Assembly: GCA_015680685.1 (NCBI GenBank)
Contig: MNCI01003234.1
Location: 565,023-629,022 of the forward strand
Length of the DNA: 64,000 nucleotides
From: Gnetum montanum
Lineage: Eukaryota; Plantae; Gnetophyta
Direction of reading: 5' to 3'
The notes under the pieces were generated by a model. It was not told the DNA's origin, did not search any database, and saw only the letters and a list, made by a program, of their open reading frames with translations. The translations under genes were made by a program, and so were the position numbers. Shown here in pieces: positions 25,917-40,762 of the stretch (positions within the stretch are counted from its first letter, which is position 1; the number at the start of each line of letters is the position of its first letter).

Positions 25917-28900
25917 ATCGTATGTTCATTATTCAAAACATTTGTTGTTTATATAAAAAAGAATCTTGATATATGATTTTGGTTAAGTGCAACAATTTTT
26001 CGATTGATTTTCGGTTCTCTTGTTGTAACACACATTTCCATCCGATTTTGTACCCAAGGTTTTCAATTCAAAGTTTTGGATAACATTGCAGTGCCAGTAC
26101 ATTTAAATTTTCTCCCTCTTTTGGTCACCCAGGTTTAAACTTGGCCCTGATTCTATATTGTCATTTTGCTGTCCTCATAAAACTCAATCTCCATGTTTTG
26201 AAATATTGTTTTACCGGCGTTTTGACAATCCCTTTCATTTAATGACAGTTCATCCGTAAAATTTATGCTTCCTAATATCTGATGTGGCCATGAATATTGG
26301 TGCCGCTGTTATTATTGCAAGGATAAGACATATTACGCACCTTATGCTGTTATATGTGATTGTAAATCATTGTAGGTAGAAATTTTTGTTAAGCGAAATC
26401 TTCCGGTCTGTTATGTTGTTATATTGTTGGAATGATTAACCATTCTTATATAAAGAAAAGTTGGGATAGGATTGGTATGGATATTAATTGTTTTTTCCCC
26501 TGTTGAACTATGACGCTTTTGAGAGCTTGTGAAGACCTCTAAGGCTTTTGCCAATGCACTGTACCTGCTCTTGCAAGAATTATTTATACAGTTGCATTTT
26601 TTCTGTGGTTTTTCTACGTTGTAGGTTTTTCATGTAAAACAGTGTGCCTTGTTTCTCTTCTTATTTTGTTTTGCTGCATTTTATTGATAAGTGCTGTATT
26701 GCTCTTCCGTTTAAAAGAGTATATTATGCCCATTCATGGAAAGATCTAGTGAAAATTTGAAACTGAAATGGAGGTTTTATTATATCTGAAAACCCAAAGG
26801 ATCTGCTGGACAGACATTACATTTATATCAGGAAAGTTAAATTGGATGTAACAATAAAAGATCATATAAACCTTTTGCTGCAATAATATATTTTTGTCTC
26901 CAATGTTTAGTCTAAGGGCAACTTAAAAAAATGTGATACTCATCCTCAAAATGTCTTGAACCCACATCCATCATCCACTTTCTATCCTAACAATATGTGA
27001 ACTCAAAAGAAGCTTGCTAATGAAAATGTGACATCTCATTGAAAGTACAGTTGATAGATAGTGAACTTCTAAGTTTAATTGATTACTTCTTATGCATTCC
27101 AAATAAAATTTTTTCTTGCCTTCTACATTTGACTATAACATAACTTTGTGAGAACCCATTGTTGGACCAACTTGTAAATGTGTTTTTGGTTTATTTTGTA
27201 TGTCCTTCAATGAGATATCTCAAGTCTTCAACCATTATTTCCCTTGGAAATCACATCTCTACTTGTTTGTGTCTTCAAGAACCACTTTCAAAAATTTGAT
27301 TTGTTTTACTTTTACTTGTTTTTGAGTATAAGCAATAAACTGACAAACAACTTCTGCCTCTAAGGAAAGTGGATTACAGTCTAACAAAAATATGAAATAG
27401 GGTGTTTGTACTTTCAGCTTTAATTCATCAAGTAAACAAAATCTTTTGTACTTTTTCAATGGCCTTCCAATTTTTAGCACTAAGACCTAGTTCTTAAATT
27501 GCACATTCATATCACACAAAATCTTAAATAGTTGTTTGGATGGTTTGTTTTCTAACCTTCCAAGCCGAAACTTGGTAATGCCTTACATTTGTTTTTAATT
27601 GTATAGACAACTTTTCTTCTTCTTGTTATCTTGTCCTTAATGCATTTATCACATCCAGAATCATTCACATATAGACAACTGTTAATAACTCACAGAAACT
27701 TAGGATTCAGTTGAAAGTGCAGTTTTTTGCTTGGTCTTTGTTACATAGAGCCCTTCCTATTGAACATTGATTGTAGCTTCTTGGTTTTGATAATCTTGTT
27801 TGCCCAACTTGCTCTCAAGTAGACTTTATTGAACATGTTTTTGTTTATTGTTCTTTTCCTCAACAAGCTTAGCAATGTTGTTTTTCAATTTCAGGATTTC
27901 AGAAGTACTAGAATTCTTTTGCTTATGACATTTGTGCAAGGACAATAAATAATGACACTTTTAATACTTTTTAAAATATGCTTACACTTGAGGTCCTTTT
28001 TTGTCAGTGTTGGTCCTTTCTTGCATTTGGAAGCACTTATGTGATGTGATTTATAAGAGGCATTCTACAATTAAAAGCTTTAATTTAGTTGAAGTTGAAG
28101 TTAGTTGAAGTTGAAGCTATATGGTCTAACATGTTTATGTGTATGAAAAGAGAAGTATCTAGTGGATATTAATTCTCTCTTTTCTACCTTTTGTGCATGG
28201 CAGAATGCTCTGTGTTATTCTTAAATTTATTCTTGAAGAATTATGAGTTTCTATCATTTTTTACTTTGATTATTTATTGATAAATTTTAATTTAAGGAAG
28301 CCTCTTGTTAGAAGTGAAAACTTGAAATGACATTTTTGATATAGGGCAAGGCTTGATACTTTTTCTACCAAAGAGGGGAGGGTTTTTAGGATTGATTGTA
28401 AATGTGAAAACTAGTATTTATACCTCCAAAACCGTTGGTGTTTTGATATGTTGTTTAGTTATCTTGGTTCTCTTGGTCATGAACCAAGGTATGATTGATG
28501 AGGATGTGTTATTGCTTTTTATTTATGATTTGCACACAATGATTACCAAATTTAAAATTATGTTGTGTGTTTCTCCTATTCCATATCATCATTTTAATCT
28601 TCTTTACATTGGCGAGCAATCCAGAAGAAATACAAAATGTTCCTAAAATTTGCAGCATATTAGACATGCTTTTTGTTGTAGTAGATATTAAAGTAGCATC
28701 ATTAGCTTAAAGAAGTAGGTTCATTGCTTGAGAACATACTTTTATAGCATACTTATGTTTTCCATTATACATTCAATCTTGTGACACATTAATGAAAATA
28801 CCAAAGAGAGTTGGGGATAAAGCACAACCTTACATCACCCCAATTTTGCTTTAAAATTTAAAATTATTTTTAGATGCACCATCTTTGACCTTGATGATAA

Positions 28901-29238
28901 CTTCTTCATACAACTTGTGAATCATTGCTCAGTTTTGTAAGAAGCCCCATTTTATTGAGTCGACCATAACTTTTTTTTTACTTAAAAAACAAACAAATAA
29001 TTTTTTGTTAGACTTGTTTGTAAGTTCAACACAATGCTTAAAGAGTGATAAGATGCTCAATAATAGAATGGTTTTGTCTAAAACCTACTTGAAGGATTAC
29101 CTTGGCATTGTTTGTTTGTTTGTGCCAAATTGCTTATTCTTCTTTTAAGAATAGTATCTAATAGCTTAGCAAAAATATTGTTTACAACTATCATACAATA
29201 ATTGTTTTAAATTGTTTATATCACCTTTCTATTAGAGA

Positions 29239-32200
29239 TGTAAAGCCAAAACTAAATCTTAGAGTTGACTTTTGAACTTTCTTTTTCTAAAATTAAGTTG
29301 AGTTTTCAAATATCTAGAATAGTTATAAAAATATTGTTATTTTCAATGTTTAAAAGTTGGTTTTAGAAAAAACATTGAAGTTGGCTATGTTGTTTCCATT
29401 ATTGTAATCCAAGATATGCCTATTTAATCCTGTGTTAGGGTTTGTGGTGGCGAGGAGTTGAGAGCATGGTCTCTTTTGAATGGTTGTTGTGTGAAGCAAC
29501 AACTTGTAATCTCTGGTTTGAAGATACGAAGAAGCTACTTTATATTTCTCCCCATGTTTCTTACTCTTACTCATATCTACATGTTTTCTATATTAACTCT
29601 GATTCTTATGTTGCTAATATTTTAGTAATTTTGTGTTCCATACCTTGTGATATTCATAACAATTGATATTAGACCTGCGTTGTGATTTGAACCTAAAATA
29701 AGTTATGTATTATGGTTTATTAGTTGAGCACATGGACTAGATTTATAAATTATTTTTCTGTTTCAGTGCATATATTAATTTTAATGGGAGCCATGTATAC
29801 AAGATGGTGACCATGTCTTGTTTGTGTTTGCATTGATAAATGAAACAAATGAAAGAAAAGAGACAAAGATGTTAGCATTCTGGTGATGATGCTATCTTTG
29901 ATAATGTTATGTCCTTTGGGTATGTTGTTCTTGAAAAGGCATATTGTATTATGCTAAGTGAAAGTTGTAAATACCTCTTTTGTTTTGTTCAAGTTTTGTG
30001 TTAGTATGTGTTGTCTTTGGGATAATGTTTGATGATGTTGGTGTAATGCTATTTCATGTTGATTTGTGAGGAGGCTTAGTCCATGAGAATATTTTATGCA
30101 AAGATGCTCCTCAGATGTTATGTGCACCTAATTCTTCTATGTAACATTGGATAGGAGATGTTTTGATTGATGTTGTTCCAACCAATTTTTCATCAATGTG
30201 TGATTTGTCATACCCTGAAATTAATCATAGATAAATTTATAAAATTACTTAAGGGGCATGATTAAATTCCATATGTTCCATATGCAAAATTTAAAATTCA
30301 TAATTAAATCATTGGATAACCTTAAATCGCTAAGTATGAACCTTAATAACCAAATAGTATACTTAAGCAAACCATAGAGAATACATCACTTAACAAAATC
30401 TATACAATGTTATGTCAACATCTTAAGCACAAATCCATAAGTTATGAGAGACATAACATAGCCACATAATCCATTTTACAAAACCATGACATAGCTTTGA
30501 AATGCCACAACACTTGAATCCTTTAACCATGTAGCAGTCTTAATCACCAATGCAACCCGATCTAGAATTCACATTGTCACCTAGAACTTCATACAAGCTT
30601 TCTAACTAAAATTTGCATAAAACACATGAAGGGTGGGTTAAAAGCTCTATCATAGAGGAAACCACCTTGGTACTACTTAGAACAAGTCAGAAGATGGGAT
30701 CCACATTGCAAGATACATTGTTAGACCAACAACAAAACAATTAAATTAATTGTCAATCAAAACCATTAACATTACCATATTAACTTTATAAGTAATGCAT
30801 TAGTTATCAACTTAACTATCCATCAAAACTATTAACATTATCATTAATGCATATATTGCCACATTAACTTTATAGGTAATGTATTAGTTATCACATTAGC
30901 TAGAATTTGTCTCCAGTGATATTTCATGAGTTATCGCCCTCAATGTAAAATAACTACAAGATTAACACTAACTTAACTAATCCTCATGCAAGACAAGAAC
31001 AACTATTGGATTAAAAACCTCATGCATGTCCACACCAACTATTGGGATATACTGAGGCTAGTATCAACCCTATAGTTACCTTAGGTCTTAGCTTCTCACT
31101 ATCACCTAAGGTTTTCTTGATGAGGGTTACACATCACTAGGTTGATAAAATCTTCTAAGTCAACTTTACTATGACCAAGATCTACCTATTGTTCACACAA
31201 GTTACGTTTTATGCAATCCTTGTTCATTGATCAACCCTAAATACCAAATTTTCTATCTTTTCAACATTACAAACATGCCCATATACACCTTGAATGTGAA
31301 CTAGTTGTTGTCGTTGATGTTAAATGTCAAATGCAAGTTGCCTCTCTTGAAAAAGTGTCAAAAATTTGTAACAACTTCAAGATTCATCATGACCTAGGTT
31401 GCAATGCACTTAGAAATTGCCATCGTCATTGCCATTGGAAGGAGTTGGAAGGAGATGACACTTGTAGAAGAAAAAGTTAGAATGCAAAATGAAAAATTGT
31501 GAAAACAACAAATCATGAAAATTAAACGAACTAGGGTTAGATTGACAACACATGCAACATAATTAGATTAGCAATGTGAACTATTACAAAAGGAAAGTAT
31601 GTACAAGAAGGTAAGTTGCTTATCAAAATTGATGGAATTAGGAATAATTTCTCCATCTCAAGAGATCAACTGAAATTCAAGCTTCACCAAGCAAGAACAA
31701 GTTCAATTCTAGAAATCACCAAGAGATCCAATAAGCACAACCATGAGCAAGAGAATGGAAGAAAGAATAATGCACAGTTGATGCCAAGAGAGCCAACATT
31801 GCCAAGCATTTATTTATTTTCCAGTAGTAAATAATTAATAATTTATTTTCTAAAAATAAGGTAACATACATCGATATAAAAGGTCCAATGGTCAACTAAT
31901 AGGTCAAAGTCATCTTGAGAGTCCTATAATGACTTACATGTCCAAGAATGGGCTCCAAGATAAAATAAAAGAATAATTAGAATAAAACACAAATATTTAT
32001 TTAACATGTAATTAAAACCATATTCTTACATTATTCCAAAAACCTTAAAATCATATAAAAGATGAAAACATAAATAAAATAGTAGTAATGGGCCACCACC
32101 ATTGTTCCAATTTGTTCCTTTACTAGAGGCATTAAGCATTAGCAGATACCAAGAAATAATAATCAAGAAAAGAAATACAAAATAATAATATTTTTAAATA

Positions 32201-33032
32201 CATCATGAGAGCAAATTTTAAAATCCAAATCTTAAGAGCCATAAGACATAATAAAATATGTATACTTACCAAGAGGTCCAAGGGTCAAACCTTGCCAATA
32301 CATAAAGGGTTGATTAAGATACATTATATATAAGCTTATAAGCAAATATATCATAAGATAGCAAAAATGCATATAAACAAGGAGTCAAGGGTTCAAACAT
32401 CAAAGTGCATAAGCATAAACATAAGTGTAAGAAAGATGTTACAATACACTAGTAATATACAATATAATAGAGACCATATTATGTCAAGATATACTCTTAT
32501 GCTAATGTACCTTAGCATAAGAAAATAACTAACAAACCTAGAATCCTAGGTTTGAAAGACTAGGGTGTTACAAAAGTCAAATCTTATAATTGATTTCAGC
32601 TAAACTTTCTTTTCTAAAATATTACGTTGAGTTTTAAAATGTCTAGAATAGTTGTAGAAATATTATCATTCTAGATGTTTAAAAATTGATTTTAGAGAAA
32701 GAGAAAACATGTGTTGAAGTTAACTATGGGATCTACCTATTTAATCCTAGGTTGGTGGTTTGTGGTAGTAGTGAGTTAAGAGTGTGGTCTTTGTTGAAGA
32801 GTTGTCATATCATACCAACAACCTAATATCTAAGTTAGGCAATGTATACATTGGTTGGCCAATCACTCTTAGGTAACATGATGTGATTTGATTAGCTTTA
32901 TAAAAGCAACAACTTATAATCTCTATAAACATCTTTGTGAATTGAAGATACAAAGAAGTTGCTTTTTGTTTTTCTCCTTGTTTCTCTCGTATTCAATAAT
33001 TTTGTGTTGCACAACTTGTGATATTTGTAAGA
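29239..33032 (+). mobile_element. Old non-coding LTR-element relic: diverged direct repeats (29239-29661 and about 32570-33032)
   Basis: Two clearly similar 420-460-bp copies; decayed Met-type PBS (ttgatattagacc) after the first; no TSD or ORFs. Confidence 0.55.
30206..32572. mobile_element. Possible Tekay/Del-type solo LTR
   Basis: Termini tgtcataccct...agggtgttaca are imperfect inverted repeats typical of that lineage. No matching TSD, and the right end may instead be the start of the second direct repeat. Confidence 0.4.
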
Positions 33033-34546
33033 CTTTTTTATAAAGAAGCATTACTTTACTTATCTTCTATCATTTAACAAGGCCATTAACAACAACAACA
33101 TTTAATCTTTTCCAAATTTTGTGTGAATAGACAATCCTAACCATTTAATCAATTCAACGTATAAATCATTTAAATCTATAGCTTCTCTACGTGCTAATCT
33201 GGTAATACTATTTATAACTTCTTCTAAGTTACAGTGCAAAGGAGCTTTAAAAAAATTGTGATAAAAATGTCATTTTATCCTAAAAAACTTATTGTAAAAT
33301 GCACAAACATCATCAACATATTGTGATGCACAAATAATGATAGGTTTTAGAGATTTCACATTTTTGTTTTTCTACTATTTGGTGTAGTTTGTGTTAATGT
33401 AAATCATTTAGATTATTAGATATCTTGTCCATATTTTAAGTCGAGTTGTAACCTTTAAAGTTAGTTTTTAAGGCTTAACATAATTATAGGATGTTGTCTA
33501 GGTAGGCTCATTTCACTTCTCCTACTACATTTTGGCATCAACTACTCCCTTACTATTTCTATGTCTATTTTAGTTCTTTTTTCCTTTTCAACAATGTACT
33601 TATGAAAATGATTTTAAATCAAACAAAAAGGAAATCATAGTAGGAAACCATGATGGAAAGAGTAGATTACAAAAATCATGAGCAAGAGTTGTATTTATTT
33701 CAGAATGAAAGTTTAAGCATTTTCACCTCTGGTTTTGCAGTAGCATTTATCTATAATCTTTTATTTTTCACAACAACATAGAATCTAATAAAAAACAAGC
33801 TTTATCATTTAGCACTATGTAACATGAGAAATGCCAACATTTACTTCTTTGAAAGCTAATAAAGATGAAAAGAAACAAATTCATTTTTCTTTGATGAGAA
33901 TATTTCTACATTTAGCAATATAATTTATGAATTGAAGTGCTCATCACTCTTCTTCTATTATTTTGTGCATATGTTTAATGCTATAAAAAGTTGAACAAAT
34001 GAAATTTAGCCATGATTTCCTTGTAGACTAAAGAGACACAAAAATATTATAGTTTACATTCCTTCACATACTTTTTATCATACTTGTGTGAATGCCTGTA
34101 ATAAATCTTTAAAATGAAGAGTGATACACTTCTTTGTTTAAAATTAAGTAGAGTAAGATTATGATATTGAAGGCAATACTTTATTTTTATAGTAATGAGT
34201 TAAAGTTGTTTAAAATTTTTATAAAAACAACTAGTAGTTAATACGTATGCCTAAATTGATCTATAAATGCTCACCCTTATAATTAAGTCAAGCCTAATAT
34301 TCCTTCTATCATATTATAATTGTTGTATGTATATATAGTTTGTGAAAAAATTATAGGTCACTACTAATCACTTACTTGCTGATGTGGTAACAACTAGTGA
34401 TAATCTAGAACAATCACCATGAAGATGCAATAATCAAGATAAAGGAAATAATAGTCTCCTATGCTATCGATGTTATTGCTAAAGGCCTAGGAATTCCTAA
34501 TGTGGGGACATAACTTATTGAAGTNCAGCACACCGAATAAGACACA

Positions 34547-37500
34547 ATGTCTTCTTCTTATCATAAGAGCACTTCACCACCTAGGGATCACACAAGAGAC
34601 AGTCGATGGTCTAACATGCATAACTGAGAACCGCTAGTTCCTCAATAGTATCGGATGGTATATACTCATCACGATGAGTATATACCCAATTTACTTTTAT
34701 CCTCCATCAGGATGAACAACTGCGTTGGAGAGACCTGCAAGGTAACATAGTGTTACCCCCAGATCGGGCAATCCCTAACATGCTCCTTCATGCTCTTGCA
34801 CAGATAAGCATGACGGAATTATATGTTGAATATGTTGTAGAAGATTATGACATAAGGGATTACCATCCCATAGCAGTGGAACGTCTAAGGGACTCACGGT
34901 AGGAGAGTTATCACACATCGTTGAAGGGCAAAGGGCCCCATAATGCTCCACACGTCCTAAGCAAAATTGGAGATGGTGAACCAGTTATAATAGGTTCTCC
35001 ATCAAATGATGTTCCCCTTGAGGAGCTAGGGTATCAGAACCTACACTTTATGATTCACAACCCTAGTTCTGATGCCCATGAACACCAAGTGTTCATTGAG
35101 GGAACAAAAACACATGACAAGGATGGGCATTCGGATCATCATCACGATCAGGGCCATAGCCATCGAAGAAAAGGTAAGAAACATCTTCATGGTGATGGTT
35201 CTCCTTCTTCTTCCCCTTCATCACATCATTCACACTCTCCTTCCACATCTAGACATAGTCACCAAGAGCACAACAGTGAGGATAAGGGTAAGAAAAATGA
35301 GAGACCTCGACGAGAGAGTCGAGAGCGAGGACAAGGGCACTCAAGAGAATGAAGGCATGAAAGAAGGGAAAGTAGGGAACCACGTAGGCATCATAGACAT
35401 CATGAGAGAGATGATCATGACAAAACCCTACTTGCCACCCAAAGTATGTTAGATATTATGGAGGCCGTTAGGATACCTACAAGGCACCAAAAAGATAGTC
35501 GGATCAAGAGATTAGACATGAATAATATCCCACGATTTGAAGGGGGATACAATGCTGATCTNNNNNNNNNNNNNNNNNNNNNNNNNNNNNNNNNNNNNNN
35601 NNNNNNNNNNNNNNNNNNNNNNNNNNNNNNNNNNNGGGCCAATATTATGCAATGTTACATTGTTGCTTGGGCCATGGTTATGCACAACGGGATCAACTCT
35701 ACCACCTCGTAGATGGGCTAAGACATGAAACCAAGAGAACCCTTGGGACATATGCCTAGGGGAGATTATCTAAACTTAGATCACATGAAGTTCATAGATT
35801 GTTGGAGTAAGTAGCTAGAGAAGAAGGGGAGCTACGGAAAAGAGAAAGCGTGGAAGAGTACAACCATGATCCTTCCCTCCGAAAGAGGGGAGTGAGATTC
35901 TGCGATGAAGAGGATGAGTCACCACTTGAAGAGTTGGTGAATAGAAAAACCTTGCCACTTCAGAAATTAACAACGGAAGTGTCGGCTAAGGTAGATGAAA
36001 TATGGAGCTCCTTAGATAGAAAAATTGAAACTGTCCTGAAAATTGTAGAGGAGTCTAAGGAGGAATGAAGTAGTGACCATGATAAGAAAAAGCGGAGAGA
36101 TTCAGGCCATCACATGAAAAGGGTAAGGGAAAAATGACTATCGTCAATGAGGTTGTGGATTCAGATATAGAAAATGATGGTGGATATGAGATTTGCCAAT
36201 ATGACCATCCTAAGGGATGTTGCCCAATAATCTCACATCTACAAGAGTCCACGGTGTATGCACTCAACCCAAGACTTAACAAACGGCAAGCACCTCGAAG
36301 GTTACCTTATCCACAAGGTAACCCGAGGCAGTTCCACCAACCGTTAACATATTATCCAAGTGGAACTCCACCACAACCTATCAAGAAACATCAGCAATGG
36401 CAACACCCATAGTCATGGGGGATGCCACCGCCTAGACAACAATACACTTACCAGCAACCAGACCCATATAGCCACTATGTGCAGCAGCAGGTTTCTCCAA
36501 GTGACTCTATGGGTCATGCAACCCCACAACGTCACTACCCAGTTCGGGAGTATTTTTAGACTCCCTCTCCTGGAAGGAACACTCCACATGCATACCATCC
36601 TCCAAATCCATCCACACCTCTTACGTCGGTAGCTCCACCACCAACCGCTCCAAAAATGCCAAGGGTATTTCCCACTCAACCGCAACAACCCAACATCATG
36701 AGGGCTTCCAATCCTCAATTCTCAGTTGGTCCTGACAATCTTATGCCGAAAAGACCTTTCTTTAGAACCAACAATCCAACTAAGCCCTCACCCTCACAAG
36801 CGGTTGAACATATAAACACCTCCATACCAAATAAGGTTTCGGGACCCTCTTCAAACGAAAAATTGAGCCCAATGCACATGGTTATGTTAACACATACTGT
36901 TACCGACTGGATTAAGGTAGGCCACCTTCCCAAGAAATTCTCTGATCCTAGAAGCCCCTAATTCATCTCCAAGTCACTGGGAATGAACCTCATAAAGCTC
37001 TTCTTGACTCAGGCTCCAGAGTCAACTTAATCTCACAAGAATTATATAAAACCTAGAACTTGCCTCCACTCAAGAAGAGCAATATTCTCTTAGAGTTGGC
37101 TGACCAGTACATCACTATTCCTTTGAGACAGGTTGAGGACATTGTTACCACCGTGGGTGGTTGGTCATACCCAGCTGATTTCCTGGTGATCCAAATAAAC
37201 AATGACAAAGGGGACTTCCCGATAATAATGGGAAGGACATGGATGAGTACAATAGATGCACACCTAGGAATCTGCAATCTTTCCCTAGAAATATCCAAGA
37301 AAAATACTTTTGGAAAGATTGAGAAGAAGAAAGTTCCATGCATCGCATATAGTGACACAGGGTGCCATTGCGTGTAGAAATCATGGGTGATGCGAAGTTT
37401 AACATTGCCTGCATGCAACGGTGTGCACAAGACATTGACATACAAAAGTGCCTATATGCAGCAGCCACACAACAAGAAAACACCCAGTGGCTAATGGTTG

Positions 37501-40500
37501 ATCAAGAGAGCAACTCGATAACATACATAAAACTAACTAAGGGAATAACTAGTGCTTACATTGAAAGCACAAACGCACTAGGGCAAGTTCGTTGCCAACT
37601 TCCAGCCTTTAACTTCGAAAACATTAACTGGGGGAAGTTGGAGATTCTTGAGGAATTTAGACAAGAGCCCCTAGATCTAAAACCATTGCCCATCAATTTG
37701 GAATACATGACCCTTGAAAATGGAAAATCAGTAATTATCAACACAAAACTTGTCCCCAAGCAAAAAGAAAGCCCATTGAAAGTAATAAATAAATGGTCAA
37801 AAGCCTTTGCTTGGTCATATCTCGAGTTAACCAGAATGAACCCTAGAATATGCTAGCATAGGATTTACACGAACCCCACAATGAAGCCTCAAAAACAACC
37901 ACAGAGGCGATTGAACCCGAAATTGAAACAAGTAGTAAAAGAAGAGATAGAACAGCTCCTCAAGGCTGGGTTCATATATCCCATTGCTGATAGTGAATGG
38001 GTTAGTCCTCTAGTAATCATGCCTAAGAAGGAAGGCAAATGGAGGGTGTGTATAGATTTTAGGCTACTGAACATGGCAACATTCAAAGATCATTTCTCAT
38101 TGCCGTTCGTTGACCAAGTCTTAAACACTATAGCAGGGCATCACTATTATAGTTTTTTGGATGGGTATAGTAGATATAATCAAATACGAATAGCACTAGA
38201 AGATCAAGCCAAAACAGCGTTCACCAGTCCCTGGGGAACATTTGCATATAAAAAAATGCCATTTGGCTTGTGCAATGCTCCTACCACGTTTCAACATTTA
38301 GTCTTAAGCATATTTCAACAGCAGATAGGGAATAGAGTGGAATTCTTTATGGATGACTTCTCCACTTATGGGACAAGTTTTGATCAAGCCCTAGACCGAT
38401 TAGAGCAAGTGCTAAAATGATGCATTGAAACCAACTTGAAGCTCAACTGGCAGAAAAGCCACTTGATGGTTCAAGAGGGTGTAGTATTGGAGCATAAGAT
38501 TTCATAGTCAAGAATAGAGGTGGATCCAGAAAAGGTTAAATTCATCCAAGGATTCACCCAACAACTAGAAACTGTCAAAGACATTCGGTCATTCCTTGGA
38601 CACACTGGCTACTATAGGAGATTCATCGAGAACTTCTCCAAAATTGCCAAACCGTTGGTGGAATTAATGAAGAAGGATGCACCATTTGAATGGACCAGGG
38701 AATGTGAACGAGCATTCCAAACTCTAAAACAGAGGCTTGTGGAAACTCCCATTCTACAAGCCCCTAACTGGTCCAGACCATTCCATATCATGACTAACGT
38801 ATCTAATTATGCCTTAGGAGCTGTACTGACATAGTTAGATGAACAAAAATGCCCTTATTACATCCACTATGCAAGTAAGAGTATCGCTGATGCACAACTC
38901 AACTACACAACTACGAAAAAGGAATTAATGGTTGTAGTGTCTACACTAGAAAAATTTAGGCACTATGTGTTAGGCTACAAAGTGTATATTCATACGGATC
39001 ATAGTGCAATTAGGTTCCTCATGAACAAGCCAACGGTTAGCCCTCGTATTATACGTTGGTTGGTAATCCTTCAGGAGTTCGACTTAACAATAGTAGCCCA
39101 AAAGGGCACCGAGAATGTAGTTGTAGATTACTTATCTCGATTGCACTGGGACAACAAAGAGGACGAATATGCCGTATCTGATCACTTTCCTGACGAAACC
39201 CTCTTTGCCGATGTAGTGAATAACCAACCCACAGGAACAAATTCGTATAGTAGCATTCTTACTTATCTCCTTTCCTAACAAACACCACAGGGTTTGGACT
39301 TTAGGAAGAAGCAACAGTTTCTTCATAAAACCAAGTACTTCATGGAAATCAAGGGAAAACTCTATAAAGTCTATCCTGATGGCTTGGTTCGATGGTGTGT
39401 GCTCAATGAGGATCAATTAAGAGTTCTCCAAGATGCTCATGAGGGTCCCTGTGGGGGCCACTATGCGGGGAGATGAATGGCCATTAAGATCCTGCTTGCA
39501 GGATATTACTGGCCAACGCTATTTTGGGATGCCCATCAATTTGTCCAATCCTATGAGCACTGTCAACGTGATGGTGGAATGACTACTAGAATGGAGGATC
39601 CGCAACAATGGATTCAACCTTTGGAACCCTTCGACATTTGGGGAATATATTTTATGGGGTCCATTACACCGATGTCCAATGGAAAAGTTTATATCATTGT
39701 TGCTGTTAACTATTTAACCAAATGGGCTGAAGCAACTGCGGTAACAGACTGCACATTGTCTATGGCTACACGATTTGTACAACAACAAAACGTAAACAAG
39801 TTTGGTGTGCTGCATGCACTCATCTCTGATAATGGAACACATTTTATGGGTGCAACCTTTTGCAAGTTGATGCAACGCTTAGGGGTTGAACATAAATTGA
39901 CCACACCTTATCACCCCCAAGCTAATGGCCAAGCCGAGGTCACTAATCGGGAGATTACGAGAATATTAACAAGAACAATTAGAAAATTTAGGTGAGATTG
40001 GAGCACGAAACTGAACGATGCTCTCTGGGTGTACTGCTCCACTTGGAAACTCCCCATAGGCTACTCTCCCTATGAGTTAGTATATGGAAAACTTCCAAAA
40101 CTCCTAGTACAAACTGAGCTCCGTACACTATCCATGTCATGTGACCTCCACCTTGACCTCGACCTAGCACAAAAACAAAGATTGACAACTCTAAACGTGC
40201 TAGATGAGAATAGATTGGTTGCTCTGTCATCAAATGAGTTGCACAAGGCACATAATAAACAACGTCATGACTTAAGAATTTGAAGGGTTAACTACCAACT
40301 AGGAGACAAGGTCCTTTACTGGAACCCCATGCATGTACCACAACGTACAAAATTTCAAACATTGTGGAAAGGACCCTACATTTCATATGACCTTTCCCTC
40401 GGGAGCCATGACTATATACAAGCTTGAAAGCCCTGATAAGAGATTACTGGTCAATGTGCAACAAACCAAACCCTTCCATGAACCAACAATAGCCAGTGCA

Positions 40501-40600
40501 AATTACACCTCTAATAACGGACAACCATGCTCCTTATTTTGGATCTCTCCCTTTCAATTCAATCATGGGGGAGATGGCCACCTATGCTAATCAATTGAGG
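34547..40600 (+). pseudogene. Gypsy gag-pol remnant
   Basis: ALLDSGS protease; SEWVSPLVIMPKK, WRVCIDFR, FLDGYSRYNQI, MPFGLCNAP, FMDDFS; RSFLGHTGYYRRFI, HTDHSAIR; HEGPCGGHY, YLTKWAEA, ISDNGTHF, YHPQANGQAE. Confidence 0.95.
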
Positions 40601-40700
40601 CCCTCAGTTCTTTTTTCAGGATTTTTTTTTACACATTTTTGTTTTACAATTTCTTTAACTTTTCTTGTTTTTGTTTTACCTGTTTACACTTTTTCTTTTA

Positions 40701-40702
<2 letters not shown>

Positions 40703-40741
<39 letters not shown>

Positions 40742-40762
40742 NNNNNNNNNNNTGTGTGTGTG
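40703..40762. repeat. (TG)n microsatellite spanning a small gap
   Basis: Direct observation. Confidence 0.95.

Noticed and set aside
34921-35352. His-rich ORF resembling a metal-binding protein
   Set aside because: Lies within the low-complexity N-terminal gag region of the Gypsy element.
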